A DNA stretch of 64,000 nucleotides from Octopus sinensis (GCF_006345805.1 NC_043012.1:10168001-10232000); one strand, 5' to 3'. Positions 1-13,176 are shown, counted from the first letter of the stretch. Translations and numbers: made by a program. The notes: generated from the letters alone by a model not told the origin.

Positions 1-268
1 AGACGGAAACTGAAAGAAAGCCTGTCGTATATATGTATATATATATATGTGTGTGAATATGTTTGTGTGTCTGTGTTTGTTCCCCTAGCATTGCTTGACA
101 ACCGATGCTGGTGGTTTACGTCCCCGTTACTTAGCGGTTCGGCAAAAGAGACCGATAGAATAAGTACTGGGCTTACAAAGAATAAGTCCCGGGGTCGATT
201 TGCTCGACTAAAGGCGGTGCTCCAGCATGGCCGCAGTCAAATGACTGAAACAAGTAAAAAGAGTAAAA
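1..268 (+). mobile_element. SINE family A (tRNA-derived, internal microsatellite), 5' part cut by window edge
   Basis: Matches the full copy at 9362-9776: agacggaaactgaaagaa..gtcg, then (TA/TG)n, then the 3' half ending ggcggtgctccagcatggccgcagtcaaatgactgaaacaagtaaaa. Confidence 0.9.
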
Positions 269-327
269 AAAAAGAGAAACGAGTATATATATACATATAC
301 AAATATATGTGTATATATATATATACA

Positions 328-360
<33 letters not shown>

Positions 361-458
361 GTGTGAGTGTGTATGAATGTATATAATGACGAATAGATAT
401 ATAGATTAATAGACAGACAGATAGATAAATAGTTAGAGAGAAAGATAGTTAGTTAGAG

Positions 459-469
<11 letters not shown>

Positions 470-545
<76 letters not shown>

Positions 546-556
546 CAGATAGAGAG
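470..556. repeat. (GATA)n microsatellite
   Basis: Direct reading. Confidence 0.95.
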
Positions 557-1435
557 ACAGACTCTTGAGTATCCCACGTTTGTGATGTGGTTAGCTCTTC
601 GGATTATGTATAGGTACGATCAATACAAACTTTTCCACTGATCTTCAGTTTCCTCTAGTTACAATCACTATACTACGGCAATATTTATTAACATTTAACA
701 CTCAAATAATATACGACCCTAGCAAAATATTACCCGTTCGTGATTGTTATACGTAAAGTAATAATACATCCACTAAAACCACTTAGTTCAGGTGTAAACT
801 CTGCAATTTAAACTAGCATTACAGAAAACTATCTATAAACAGCAGAACATCACAATAAGATAATGGTAGGATTAATTATGAAAATGGCCGCAGTAATTAT
901 ATCATATGAAACAAAATAACATTAAGAAGACAGGAAAGCAACACATCCTCTGTGAAATAGAAACAAGATCTGTTCACAGATATGTATACACACAAGGATA
1001 CGTAAACAACACATGTCCAATTATATGACTGATCTACATTCACGTTACGGGACTAATTGTTTTAATAGTGTTAGCTTAATTAATGAAAATATAATTAAAT
1101 AACGTACTACTGACCAAATGCGTTCATAATTCTGTTCCTAATTGTAAACATTTATTAGCGCTGATCTCTCGAGGTCCAGCTGTCTACGCTTTCCTGATGC
1201 GAAGACAATATGAAGCGGAAAACATAGTCACGCTGTAAAACAAAACACTAATGGGAAAAATTCAACAGACGATGTTACTTCGGAAATTGCCGCGGTTGGT
1301 ATGAGACTTTAGTAGCGAAGAATGTAACCAACAGGAAATATTTCCAACGAAAAGAAAATTAATACAATTTACTTCTTATTCTACACACTGCGTGATACAT
1401 TTTACGCGCACATTACAAACACATATGCAGACAGT

Positions 1436-1499
<64 letters not shown>

Positions 1500-1638
1500 C
1501 ACACACACACAGAGAAACGCACATGCATATATGTATATGTAAGCACGCACACATACACCTTATATAAATATGTGGGTATATATCTATCTATCTCGCTCGC
1601 TCTCTCTCTGTATATATATATATATAGATATATATCTA

Positions 1639-1680
<42 letters not shown>

Positions 1681-1750
1681 ACATACATACATACATACAT
1701 ACGTACATACATACGTACATACATACATACATACATACGTACATACATAC
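1436..1750. repeat. Compound (TA)n/(CA)n/(TACA)n microsatellite
   Basis: Direct reading; explains the ORFs at 1376-1869. Confidence 0.95.
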
Positions 1751-2046
1751 AGGCTAACATTATATTGCACAGGACTACGATTTGTCTAAACATGTCATGC
1801 GGTAGAACATATTTTCATTCAAATGCTTATATAAAAGAAACAGTTCCATCACACTACCGCAAAAATTGAGATAGCATTTCTCTGCATTTTAACCGCCAGT
1901 TACCCTCTCGTATTTACTAATCTGTCAACATAAAAGGTTGTTTATCTTATATGAGAACATATTTATCTCTATGGATCGGCCTTCCAGTAAATAGCTGTTT
2001 TATTATTCAATAAGATTTCATTATTCGCTCTCGTTAGATAGATAAG

Positions 2047-2118
<72 letters not shown>

Positions 2119-2431
2119 AAGACAGACAGATTGCCAGACTAATAGTTAGATAGAGAAAAGGATATTTTTAAGTATAAGTACAAATTAATTACATACAGAC
2201 ATATTAGTATGTGTGTGTAAAGCAGTGATTTATATATATATATATGTGTGTGAGTATGTGTGTGTGCGTGTGTGTGTGTGTGTTTGAGTGAGTATGCATG
2301 TAGTGTGCATGAGAGATGCCTTATACATATCTCTCATACATATTCATGCAACCGATTGCATACCCCGCCAGACACACTCGCACACATAATATTCACATGC
2401 ACTTATAGATAGTTTTCAAATTTATATTTTA

Positions 2432-2731
2432 CTAGCAGTTTCGCCCGGCGTTGCTTGGGTTTGTAAGGGAAATAACTATATAAGCATTTTTAGAGAGTTA
2501 CTTCCCGTATATAATAGCAAAACAAATGCATTAAAAATGGGAAAATATGGTGGTAATTTTTTTTTTTAATCTTAGACTCATCGTAGACGCGCGCTTATAC
2601 CCAGAAGGGCTCGATATGAATCACGACTATAAGATACCCGGTTTTGGTTAAACTGCACCGCAAAATGTGGGAGTAGTTAGGAATCTAAATCGTAGGAGAC
2701 AGACACACAACTTCACTTTTATATATAAAGA
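2432..2731 (-). mobile_element. Non-autonomous Helitron (about 300 bp)
   Basis: On the minus strand it starts TCtttatatataaaag and ends with a GC-rich hairpin (cccaagcaacgccggg) followed by ctgCTAG; inserted between A and T. Confidence 0.8.
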
Positions 2732-2752
2732 TTTTTAATAATATTGATTCAC

Positions 2753-2892
2753 GTATCATCATCATCATCATTATTATTATATATTTCTTCTTTTTCTTCT
2801 TCTTCTTCTTCTTCTTCTTCTTCTTCTTCTTCTTCTTCTTCTTCTTCTTCTTCTTCTTCTTCTTCTTCTTCTTCTTTTTCTTCTTCTTCTTC

Positions 2893-2972
<80 letters not shown>
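2753..2972. repeat. Compound (ATC)n/(TTC)n/(TTA)n microsatellite
   Basis: Direct reading; explains the poly-S/Y/L ORF at 2744. Confidence 0.95.
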
Positions 2973-2975
<3 letters not shown>

Positions 2976-3538
2976 CTGTGGTGTACATAGGACGTGTTTT
3001 GAAACGCTCCAGGCTGTGTCAGTCTAAAACTTCTATACGCACCACTTTGGTGCTGTTTTTTTTTTCATTATACATTTTGTTCCAAGTTGTCAATAGAAAC
3101 ACCACGAACCTATCACTGGTTTTCTGTATTTGTTTGGCCCCTCGAGGGGATATATTCGTCCCACCAAATACGATCAACCGGAGTTTTATTTAACGTAATC
3201 AAATACAACTTAATAATATGGCATAGCGCATTTTGAAAATGGTGAGACAAAAGAAAACTGCCCTTCCCAATTAGAAATCGCAGATACGAGCACTCAAATT
3301 CAAACAAAGACATAAACCAAATAACACCAACAAAACCATCACCACCACAGTGAAGCAAACAAATAAAACCGCACCAACAAAAAATACTCAAATTCGTGCT
3401 TATCAAAAGGGCCAACACGGATTCCATTTTCCTCGTAGCACAAAGGAAAGAAATTCAAATAGACGGTGTGAACAAACTAAACTTCACAAGTCACCGGGCG
3501 ATAAGTAAACCGTTCCTGTCTCTTTTTAGCTTACCAGC

Positions 3539-5110
3539 ATGGACATATTAAGAGTAGGAAGTTTAAATGTTCGAAGCCTTGGGTCTCCCTGGAAGCAGGA
3601 TTTAAACTTCCTACTCTAAATGAAGCAAAAGCTGAAAGGTGACGTCATCAATGACGTGTGGTGCTGGCTTCTCAAAAGAGATATTAGAGTAATTTCCATA
3701 AGATTTAGCAAAGAAGTAACATTAGTGAAAATTGAAAGGCAGAGCAGTTTATAGTTAATTTAGACGAGGCTATTTGTAGTGGCATGACAACCGACGTGCT
3801 AGCAGTGGGAACGGCTTAAAGTGCGCGCTCTGTGAAACGAGGGAACCAAAGCTTTTCGATGGTCGCACGTGTCAGAGACACAGCGTGGTAACAAAACTAC
3901 AATTCGTTCTCTGGCAGACCGAGGCGGACACAAGATGAGCGATTCCATACAGATGTCTGAGGCTTTTCGCCAGCACTTTGCTCGGTTATTCAGAGAGACT
4001 GGCGGGTCAGAAACGGTAGCGGACCCCAGTACCTAACTTCGCGGCTTGCCGCCGAAATTCAGGATGCCCTTGACGGCTATACGAGGCGCAAGTTACACTG
4101 TTTAGATGGTCTACACTACGAGCTTTCCATAATTATGCCAGACTCTCGTTCTCTTGATTTATTCGAAGGAGTTAGGATGTATTCCCACTTCTGTGAGGTA
4201 CACATTTGATAACTTCAGGCCCATAACTACTCAAAACAGAGTTTAAGATATTGGCTAATGTGTTAACGAAGAGGTTGGCACTTGTAGTCAAGGATCTGGT
4301 AGGGGAGGTACAAACCTGCACAATCACGACCAGAACCATTTCCGAAAACCTCTACCTCATGCGATACATCATACAAAGTGTAGGATCTAAACCTGACCTC
4401 AGTGGGGCCCTGATCAATTTCGATCAAACGAAAACATTCGATAGAGTCGACCATCAGTATCTGGAGGCTGTTCTCAAGACAGACAGCTTCAACCCCATCT
4501 TCAGAAGTTGGATCGCTGCAATGCACAGCGGTATCTGCTCGGTGGTCAAAGTTTCAGATTTCCCGATCGGTTCGTCAGAGTTGCCCTCTTTCCTCCCTTG
4601 TGTATGTATTGACTCTTGTGTCTTTACTGTGGAAGCTGGAACAACTGCAGTGCATCCTGCTTGGAGCGAGACACGGAAGGGCTGTATCGGCTTATACAGA
4701 CGATATCAGCGTGATGGTGTCGGACACCTCAGAAATCAAGATGGTCGGCACATCAATGGAGCAATATGAAATGTTGACGGGAGAAAAATTTAACCTGAAA
4801 AAGTCGGTGCGCTTGCAGTTCGGCATATAGAGAGGCAAATCCATGCCGCACAACAGCGTCGTTGGGCGCGGGATGACGGACTGGTAAAGGTGTTTAGGGT
4901 TTAGTTCGGACCATACCTCCAGGAGGATAAGAATTGGGAATAAATGACGAGCTTTTGTAGGCAGTCTCCTCCAAAAATGGGCTGCGAGGAAGCTGTCACT
5001 GAAAGGTCGGTCGAAGCTGGCGAATGCGTACATCACGTCTGTCATTTATTACCTCCTGACCGTCGAGCCTTCCATCCGGTCACGACTCGCTAAATTGAAG
5101 CCTCTCCTCC
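3539..5110 (+). mobile_element. Tx1/L1-clade LINE ORF2 relic (APE + RT), frameshifted and internally deleted
   Basis: ATG at 3539 reads MDILRVGSLNVRSL (APE start); RT motifs QTCTITTRTISENL, FDQTKTFDRVDHQYL, AYTDD; later KLSLKGRSKLANAY. Confidence 0.9.
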
Positions 5111-5116
5111 TCAAAT

Positions 5117-5692
5117 TTTTGTGTCGGAAAATAAAAGAAGTCTGTCGTATGCACACACACACGCACGATCACACACACACACACACACACACACATTCAC
5201 ACAGACACACGCACACACACACACACACACACATATATGTATATGTATTCCTTTACTGCCCACAAGGAGCTAAACACAGAGGGGACAAACAAGGACAGAC
5301 GAAGGGATTAAGTCGATTACATCGACCCCAGTGCGAAACTGGTGCTTTATTTATCGACCCCGAAAGGATGAAAGGCAAAGTCGACCTCGGCGGAATTTGA
5401 ACTCAGAACGTAACGACAGACGAATTACCGGTAAGCATTTCGCCCGGCGCGCTAACGCTTCTGCCAGCTCGCCGCCTTCATATATATGTATATGTATTTA
5501 TGTGTGTCTTTGTGTTTGCACCCCACCACCGCTTGACAGCCAGTGTTGGAATGTTTACATCATCGTAACTTAGTTATTCGACAAAAGTGACCGACAGAAT
5601 AATTAGAAGATTTAATATTCAGTTAATGTACTTCAGCGCAGTGCTCCAGTATGACTGCAATGTAATGATTCAAGCAAGAAATAAATAAAAGA
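5117..5692 (+). mobile_element. SINE A, 5'-truncated and diverged, interrupted by a SINE B in its internal microsatellite
   Basis: cggaaaataaaagaagtctgtcgtat + (CA)n at 5125-5240; 3' half resumes at about 5490. Confidence 0.7.
5246..5479 (-). mobile_element. SINE family B (tRNA-derived), full length
   Basis: Reverse complement of the 18054-18290 copy; core gtcgactttgcctttcatcctttcggggtcgataaa. Confidence 0.9.
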
Positions 5693-6237
5693 TAATCACA
5701 CGAACTCATTACAAAAACTTACTCCCAAAAAGAAAGTGCACACACATACACAGACACACACGTTTTCATACACAAGATACAACCGACACACGATTAAAAA
5801 AAATGATAAGTTTTCATGTTGGTACCAACAATAAAATATGAGAATAAGAAGCAAAGACAGATGCAAAAACAAGACTGCAACGCAACACCCAGACAGCGTA
5901 TGTTTCACAAAATAAACACGTATAATATTTCTGACAACATATCTCACTGCAAAATATATATCTTAGAAAAAAAATTCTATTTTGTACTCGTTTACTCTTT
6001 TACTTGTTTCAGTCATTTGACTGTGGCCATGCTGGAGCACCGCCTTTTTCAGTCGAGCAAATCGACCCCATGACTTATTCCTTTGTAAACCTAGTTCTTA
6101 TTCTTATCGGGCTCTTTTGCCGAACTGCTAATTTACGGGGACGTAAACACACCAGCATCGGTTGTCAAGCGATGTTGGGGGGACAAACACAGACACACAA
6201 ACATACACACACACATAATGTATATATATATATATAT

Positions 6238-6436
6238 AACGTTATTTCTTCCTAGCGTTTTTCAGATGGCCAGATAACCGAAGAGATGGTGTTGTGGATT
6301 TCCACTTCGGCATCTGAAACTCAGAGTTTTATCTTGACTACCGAGTAATGTAACATATTGTATAGATAAATTTCCTCTATTTACATAATATTGAGGTTTC
6401 TTTCTTTCTTTTGTTATCTTACCGTTTTTACCAATA
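6238..6436 (+). mobile_element. Penelope-like pLTR fragment (family 1) between (TA)n runs
   Basis: Contains a hammerhead-like motif; homologous to 21500-21660 (-). Confidence 0.65.
6272..6334 (+). ncRNA. Type-I hammerhead-like motif, variant core CCGAAGA
   Basis: agataa-CCGAAGA-gatg..catc-t-GAAA-ctcagag-TT-ttatct; stem I agataa/ttatct. Confidence 0.6.
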
Positions 6437-6555
6437 TATATATATATATATAATTAATCAATATAGGGTGGCAAGGAAAATTTTATAGAATTTTATTGCC
6501 ACCAGCGGCCCAGTGGGAAAAAATTAAATAGTCATAGACCATTTTTAAGTTCAAC

Positions 6556-6876
6556 ATTAACAATTAAGGAACGGCCATAATAGGCCATTCACCCACTAGA
6601 AATAACAGCCAAAGCTTCTACCGCAAAAAGATTAAATCCGTAAACAGGAGAAAATTAAAAAAACATTTACCCTGTAATTTCTTGTACGGTATACCGTTTC
6701 ATCCTCTGTTTAATGGCATTAAACAGAGGATGAAACGGTATACCGTACAAGAAATTACAGGGTAAATGTTTTTTTAATTTTCTCCTGTTTACGGATTTAA
6801 TCTTTTTGCGGTAGAAGCTTTGGCTGTTATTTCTAGTGGGTGAATGGCCTATTATGGCCGTTCCTTAATTGTTAAT
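6556..6876. repeat. Perfect 321-bp palindrome (160-bp arms, 1-nt centre at 6716)
   Basis: Arms compared by eye with no mismatch seen; centre ctgtttaatg-g-cattaaacag. Confidence 0.95.
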
Positions 6877-7238
6877 ATATATATATATATGTACATATAA
6901 ACGACGGGCTTCTTTCAGTTTCCGTCTATCAAATCCACTCACAAGACTTTGGTCGGCCCGTGGTTATAGTAGAAGACACTTCCCTAAGGTGCCACGCAGT
7001 GGGGACTGAACCAGGAAACAATGTGATTCTTAAGTAAGCTACTTACCACAGCCCGTGGAAAATTTCTGACATTTTTTACAAAAACTGAGAGGTACCACAA
7101 TCAGCTCGATTTTCTTTATATACGATCAGTGAGTGTGCGTGTGTGTATACTGGGGGTAGAACTGGCGCAATATAGGCATGTATATATGTATGTATGTACG
7201 TATGTATGTATATATGTATGAATGCATGTACGTAAGTA

Positions 7239-7728
7239 CCGTAAATCCTCGAGTATCGTCCGCCCTTGCGATTTTTTTTTTGGAGGGGGCTGCAGCTCTA
7301 AAAAACCTAAACCTTGTGTATAATACGCACCACTTCTCTAACTTGAATCGGGCGTAATTAAGCCAGCAGCGCCTAGTCGAACGAACACTTCCGCGCATGC
7401 GTAATACCATAATGGGGATGTAAATATGCTTACAAATTGTTTTTGTTACATGTTATTCTGTTTTCTGAATACTTTTATTTTAATAAATGCTGCTTCCTGC
7501 AAGTTATAGATGATTCTTTTATGACTTCATTGCTTTCAGGCTTAGCTTAAAGTATTTTCGCTCCCGACATCACAAAATGCCTCTGAATAAACATTGCCGG
7601 ACAGCAAATAGAGACTCGGACATTGCTTAGTAAATATGTTTCATTTTTAACCTCGTATATAGTACGCACCAGGGATTTTGAGCTTTAAATTTTGGGGGGA
7701 AATGCGGATTATTCACGAGGATTTACAG
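7239..7728. mobile_element. Tc1/mariner-superfamily (pogo-like) MITE, 490 bp
   Basis: TIRs ccgtaaatcctcgagtatcgtccgc / gcggattattcacgaggatttacag, with TA on both sides. Confidence 0.85.
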
Positions 7729-7992
7729 TATGTACATATCTGCCCTCACTTAGGGGCAGATAAAATAAGTTCCAGCGGCGGAACACTTGGGTCGATGCAA
7801 TTGACTTAAACCCTCCATCGAAATTACTGGCCTTGTGCTAAGATCGGAAACCATTTGCCGTGGTCGGCTTCGAATTTCATCGTTTCGGTTCAATAAAATA
7901 GTACCAGCTGGGAACTACAGTCGATATATTTAATTCTCACCCTCTACCAAAATTGTTGGACTTCAGCCAAAATATGAAATCATTTTTATTTC

Positions 7993-8175
7993 CAGGCAGT
8001 AAACTAGCAGAATCGTTAGCACATCGACAAAGTCCTTAGCAACATTTCGCCCGTCTTTACGTTCTTAGTTCAAATCCCGCCGAGGTTGACTTTGACTATC
8101 ATCTTTTCGGGGTCAATAAATAAAGTACCAGTTTCGCACTGGGTCGATATATTAGATCAGTCCCCTCCCTAAAGT
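7993..8175 (+). mobile_element. SINE B, diverged
   Basis: Similarity to 18054-18290. Confidence 0.75.
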
Positions 8176-8184
8176 AAAAAGGAT

Positions 8185-8520
8185 TATTATTATTATTATT
8201 ATTATTCTATGTTTGACTTTTGCTTTATATTTGTACAAGTTGGCTCCAAGTCTCACCCAGAGACCTCAAGAGACAACTGGTTGGAAGTTCATGTTGTTGT
8301 TATGCCTAGTGTGCCATATATTTTTTTTTGGGGGGGAGTTTTTGGTGTTGTACTAATGAATGTCTAAAAAAAAAAAAATTTTTTTAACCGAAAATTATGT
8401 TTGTTTTAAACCTTGAGATTACATAGAAAGTATTTTGCGTAGGATATGAGCAGTTCCCATGAGCACTATCTTTTGAATTTCTGCCATTTTTGGGTTTCCT
8501 GATTATTATTGCTGGCCTTG
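8185..8520 (-). mobile_element. R4/Dong-clade non-LTR retrotransposon 3' end with (TAA)n tail
   Basis: Minus strand reads AEIQKIVLMGTAHILRKILSM*, then a short 3' UTR and (AAT)n. Confidence 0.8.
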
Positions 8521-8569
8521 TGCCAAAATTAGAAAGAATTGTAATATTAGTATAAATATTAATAACGAT

Positions 8570-8965
8570 CATCATCATCATTACCACTACCTCCTCCTTC
8601 TCACCTCCTGCTCCTGTTCCTGCTCCTCCTCCTTGCATCCTCCTCGCCCCCTCCTCTCCCCATCCCTTCCTCTCCACGCCTACTCCTTTCCTCGCCCTCT
8701 CCTCTCCTCGCCCTCCCCTCTCCTCGCCCCTCCTCCTCCTCTCCTCACCCATCCCTCCACGTCTTCCTCCTCCCAGCATCCTCCTCGCTCCCTCCTCTCT
8801 TCGCCCTCTCCTCACCTCGCCCCTGCTCCCCTGCTCCCCCTATCCCCCTCCTCTTCCTCGTTCCCCTCCTCTCCTCGCCCCTTATTCTCCCTCATCTCCC
8901 ACCCTTCCTCTCGCCACTCCTCTTCAACACCTCCCTTCCTTTTCCACTTCATTCACCTTCTACTG
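8570..8965. repeat. C/T-rich low-complexity (polypyrimidine) tract
   Basis: Direct reading. Confidence 0.9.
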
Positions 8966-9361
8966 CCATCTACCTTGGATATACCAAAAGTGACTTTTGT
9001 GTTGCTTTGTAATCTGACTCATTAGTGTTACGAAGTGTCGTTTTCGTTGTACAACAACCATATTAACTCAACTCCTTTGTGTGTCAGTCCTCTTCTTATT
9101 TAGCTACAAAGGTCCACGATGGAGGAAACCCATGATCACATATATTTCAGCTCTGAAGATCCCTGATATAAGCACTCATTCATCATCAAATATATAATTT
9201 TTATCATTAATTTCAAATTTTGTCACAAGGCCAGCAATCTCGGAGTTGGGGATCAGTCGGAATTTGAACTCAGAACGTAAAGACAAACAAAATACTGCTA
9301 AGCTTTTTCCTAGAAGAACTAAGGATTCTACCAGCTCGCCACCCTTAATTTTTTTATTATT

Positions 9362-9776
9362 AGGCGCAGGAGTGGCTGTGTGGTAAGTAGCTCGTTTACC
9401 AACCACATGGTTCCGGGTTCATTCCCACTGCGTGGCATCTTTGGCAAGCATCTTCTACTAGAGCCTCGGGCCGACCAAAGCCTTGTGAGTGAATTTGGTA
9501 GACGGAAACTGAAAGAAGCCCGTCGTATATATGTACATATATATTATGTGTGTTTGTATGTTTGTGTGTCTGTGTTTGTCCCCCCAACATCACTTGACAA
9601 CCGATACTGGTGTGTTTACGTCCCCATAACTTAGCGGTTCGGCAAAAGAGACCGAAAAAATAAGTACTAGGCTTACAAAGATTAAGTCCTCGGTCGATTT
9701 GCTCGGCTAAAGGCGGTGCTCCTGCATGGCCACAGTCAAATGACTGAAACAAGTAAAGAGTAAAAGAGTAAGAGTA
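9362..9776 (+). mobile_element. SINE A, full length (reference copy)
   Basis: A box tggctgtgtgg and B box ggttcattccc; internal (TA/TG)n; 3' stem-loop cagtc-aaat-gactg; (gagtaa)n tail. Confidence 0.92.
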
Positions 9777-10149
9777 ATGCGTTCAGAATATTGTGTAATA
9801 ACGCAAGGTCAGAGATTAAAACAGGTGATTTAAATCCATAATCCCAATATCTGATATAATCATAGCCAACTCACTTTAACAAGTAAAGCAGATAATCTTT
9901 ATTTCAGATATACATTGATTGATTCTGTTTTTGTAGCTCTGTGAGTTATCAAACACAAACCAAGAATTGAATATGCTAAGATCAACATTACCGATTACTG
10001 ACCGATATTTTTTTGTTTAAAGTCGTTATAAGTCAATATCCTTGCATTGACTATGCTTGCTTTTTGGAGCATGTTATAACAGTTACTGTTGCAAAACCTT
10101 GTAGATGTTTACAAAAATAAAATAAATGTAGACATGACATCATTGAAAG

Positions 10150-10420
10150 TAATAGGAGAATTTTTTGGCCATGTTGTTCTCTACTTAAATCGTATTCAGT
10201 TCTTTCTCTTTCAATTGCCGCATACAATTATTCTATCTAATGAAAGATTTGATGGATATGAAGCCGTTTCAATAGATATCGGTAAAGAATTTCATACTGT
10301 CTAACTTGTAAGACTTCGAAAAGTGGTTGATCTTCCATTAACTCCATTCATCTTGTATAATAAGATTCGTCACAGGTTATATTATACCTCAAAGCGCCCT
10401 GTGAGAGAACACTTTCTTCG
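10150..10420 (-). mobile_element. Possible CR1/L2-type LINE 3' coding remnant
   Basis: RILLYKMNG..RTV*NSLPISIETAS resembles the C-terminal WNSLP motif; many stops. Confidence 0.35.
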
Positions 10421-10773
10421 GTGACTTAAATTTCCTTTAATTAATTTGCAACCTTCATCCATACCTACCTTCTTTGTAATGTTGGCAAATGGAATAAATA
10501 TAAAACTGAACTTTGTCAATTTGATTTTAAAAATTCCATATGTGGCTGCGAGTGCTCTACATTTTAAAACTGATGTACTACTTACATTGTTTACTTAAAT
10601 GAAGTAGCCTGAAACGATTGTACTACACTACCTTTGGATATCATTGTTGCTTATTTGGATTATAATCACCCCATTTGATTTATATGGATAATAACATACC
10701 AAATTCTGGTGCCTTTAACTTAAGTACCATATTCATCTGAATCTAAATTTTTGCTGAACTTATAATACCATAT

Positions 10774-10942
<169 letters not shown>

Positions 10943-10944
10943 TA

Positions 10945-12329
10945 TAATAAATATTAAGGAATAAATCCAAACTTACAGCGAAAAATCAGATTTAGGATTG
11001 AATCCAATTTTATAGTAAAATATTATATTATATTAAATTAGAGATAAAACCACTATTAGGCAAATCATACAATGAAAAACTTAAGCCAATACATAAGATT
11101 ATTTAATTTATATTATTTAAATATATAACAAAATTATTAAAAAAATATAATTAATATAACACTATGATCGTTTCATGGCTGTTAATTTCTTTAAATTTTC
11201 GAGTTACAGTCATTCATCAGGTGGTTTAAATATTTAACTTGGCGAGGTTTAATCAATATATATATAAATTTGAGATATATTTCTCTATCCGCTATGTTAT
11301 TTTGTTCGTTAACTCCTCCTAGAACGATTGTGTAAGGACAACAAATCTGAAACCAGCAACTTCCCTAATCGCAGGGAATGCCCTAAGGGGGTATATGCTT
11401 TTAAGAGCGCCTAATTGGGACCACAGTAACCCGTGCTATTTTCTACTGCATTTTAAACTAAATACGTGGCATTTGGCGACCAAATCGGAGCAATGGCAAT
11501 GAATTTCATAGCATGAATTCCAAGGGTGTATCGTAAGGAGGTTCAATTTCTGAATGCTCGCTTAAACGGAGTCCCATTGACCCCACCTTATTTGTAGTGT
11601 ATTTACTTCTCTCCTACGATTATTGATTAAACTATGATCGGCATCAGTGCTTAACACATTTGCCGAAATAAGCTTGGGTATTCTAAATACCTTCTCGTAC
11701 ATTCAAATCGCAATCAAGAGTTATAGCTGGTACTTTTCAAGTGTGATAGTGTCGATATTGATATTTTCTAATTTATGAAGCTTATGTCTAAGTGGAAAAC
11801 ACATCTTCTTGTTCTGGTCACATATCGGTTCTTGGACCTTCAGTTCCAGAATTCTAGTGTTTTTTCTACATGAATACCTAACAAAATTCCCAGCTAGCCA
11901 AAATTCGGCTTGCCGCTTTACGGCTAGAGTATTAGCTTTGAATATTAGAGGAAGCTGTAAGTTAAACAAGAGATTAGCTGTGTGTCAATCGGCAAAGTTG
12001 TCAGAAAGCGGCTCATAGGTTGGTACACCGACACACTGTTACAGAGATGGCATTTACATTACATGATGAATGAACAAGTTAATGGGACATGAGGTTTAGA
12101 TATGGGTGCGAGTGAAGTATAGGTATCGAGGTTATGAGTATGGGTGTATTGCTATATGTAAGAGCAGAGAATTTGGAATGGGGTATCTGATAATTAATAC
12201 CAAGAGATACATATACAATGAATGTGTCTGAGTGCATTACATTATAGATCAGTAGAGGGCCGAGAGCCTCAAAGGTGCTCTTCGCAGGAGCCATCGTAAA
12301 TGCTGCCCGAGGGGCGGCTTTAAGGCTAG

Positions 12330-12330
<1 letters not shown>
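10945..12330 (-). mobile_element. Penelope-like element relic: pLTR tail + hammerhead + degraded body
   Basis: 10945-11100 is the reverse complement of the family-2 pLTR tail; hammerhead at 11160-11224; weak SDLVAKCH similarity to the end of Neptune-type GIY-YIG domains. Confidence 0.55.
11160..11224 (-). ncRNA. Type-I hammerhead-like motif with long stem II
   Basis: cac-CTGATGA-atgactgt..acagccat-GAAA-cgatca-TA-gtg (stem III palindrome cgatcg with one change). Confidence 0.65.
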
Positions 12331-12410
<80 letters not shown>

Positions 12411-12589
12411 ACGAGTGTATGTGTTTGTTTTTATCATAAGAAAAACAATTTTACATGAAATTGAAAAGTCGTAACTCAGTACTTTTGGTAGAGTATAAAT
12501 TTATTATTCTCTTTTTGAAGAATAGTTTTGAAAATGACGTATATGTTCTGGGGTGTTTACACCCCTTAATATTAGAGTATTTTCTGAAG

Positions 12590-12755
12590 ACGACGAGCTG
12601 GCAGAATCGTTAGTGGCGATAATTCATCCGTCTTTACATTCTGAGTTCAATTTCCATCTAGGGTGACCTTGCCTTTCATCCTTTCTGGATCGATAAATTA
12701 AGTACTCATTAAGCACTTGGGGTCAATTTAATCGATTAGTCCACTTCCCCAAAAC
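12590..12755 (+). mobile_element. SINE B, diverged
   Basis: gagctggcagaatcgttag..ttgcctttcatcctttc..gataaattaagtac. Confidence 0.7.
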
Positions 12756-12884
12756 TTTTTCAATTCTATACACAAAATTTCAATCGCCACCTTTTCTGAC
12801 TTTGAATTTCTCTCACTCCCTCTTTTACATCTCTATCGCTCTCTCTCTCTCTCTCTGAACATATATATATTTATATGTGTGTGT

Positions 12885-12921
<37 letters not shown>

Positions 12922-13107
12922 TGTGCGTGTGTGTGTGTGTGTGCGCGTGTGTGTGTGTGTGCATATGACCCTACCTATCGAGTTATGCATATATACACCC
13001 TAAAAATACAACATATTTATGTATATACCTGTACATCTGTATTCGGCTGCTTGTATATATGTACGTGTGTCCAATTCTCGTGCTGCATACATATATGTGT
13101 GTGTATA

Positions 13108-13155
<48 letters not shown>

Positions 13156-13176
13156 ATCTATCTATCTATCTATCTA

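Larger units (their letters stand above)
5993..7055 (-). mobile_element. SINE A split by an insertion of about 650 bp (6238-6876) in its internal (TA)n
   Basis: 3' half at 5993-6213; tRNA-head half at about 6895-7055. Confidence 0.85.

Noticed and set aside
3505-3541. Splice-acceptor-like cctgtctctttttag just before the Tx1 ORF2 ATG
   Set aside because: Such tracts are common in AT-rich DNA; no donor site or transcript evidence
9362-9435. tRNA genes at SINE heads (also 29205, 45685, 53320, 61780)
   Set aside because: A and B boxes are present, but no complete cloverleaf or acceptor stem; each continues into a repeat body
10588-10642. ctgatgt..aagtagcct-GAAA-cgattg-TA, resembling a 14th hammerhead
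   Set aside because: No stem I pairing and a broken core; at best an unrecognisable relic
11809-12018. RVLALNIRGS resembling an APE endonuclease start
   Set aside because: No following QETH or other APE motifs; single short match
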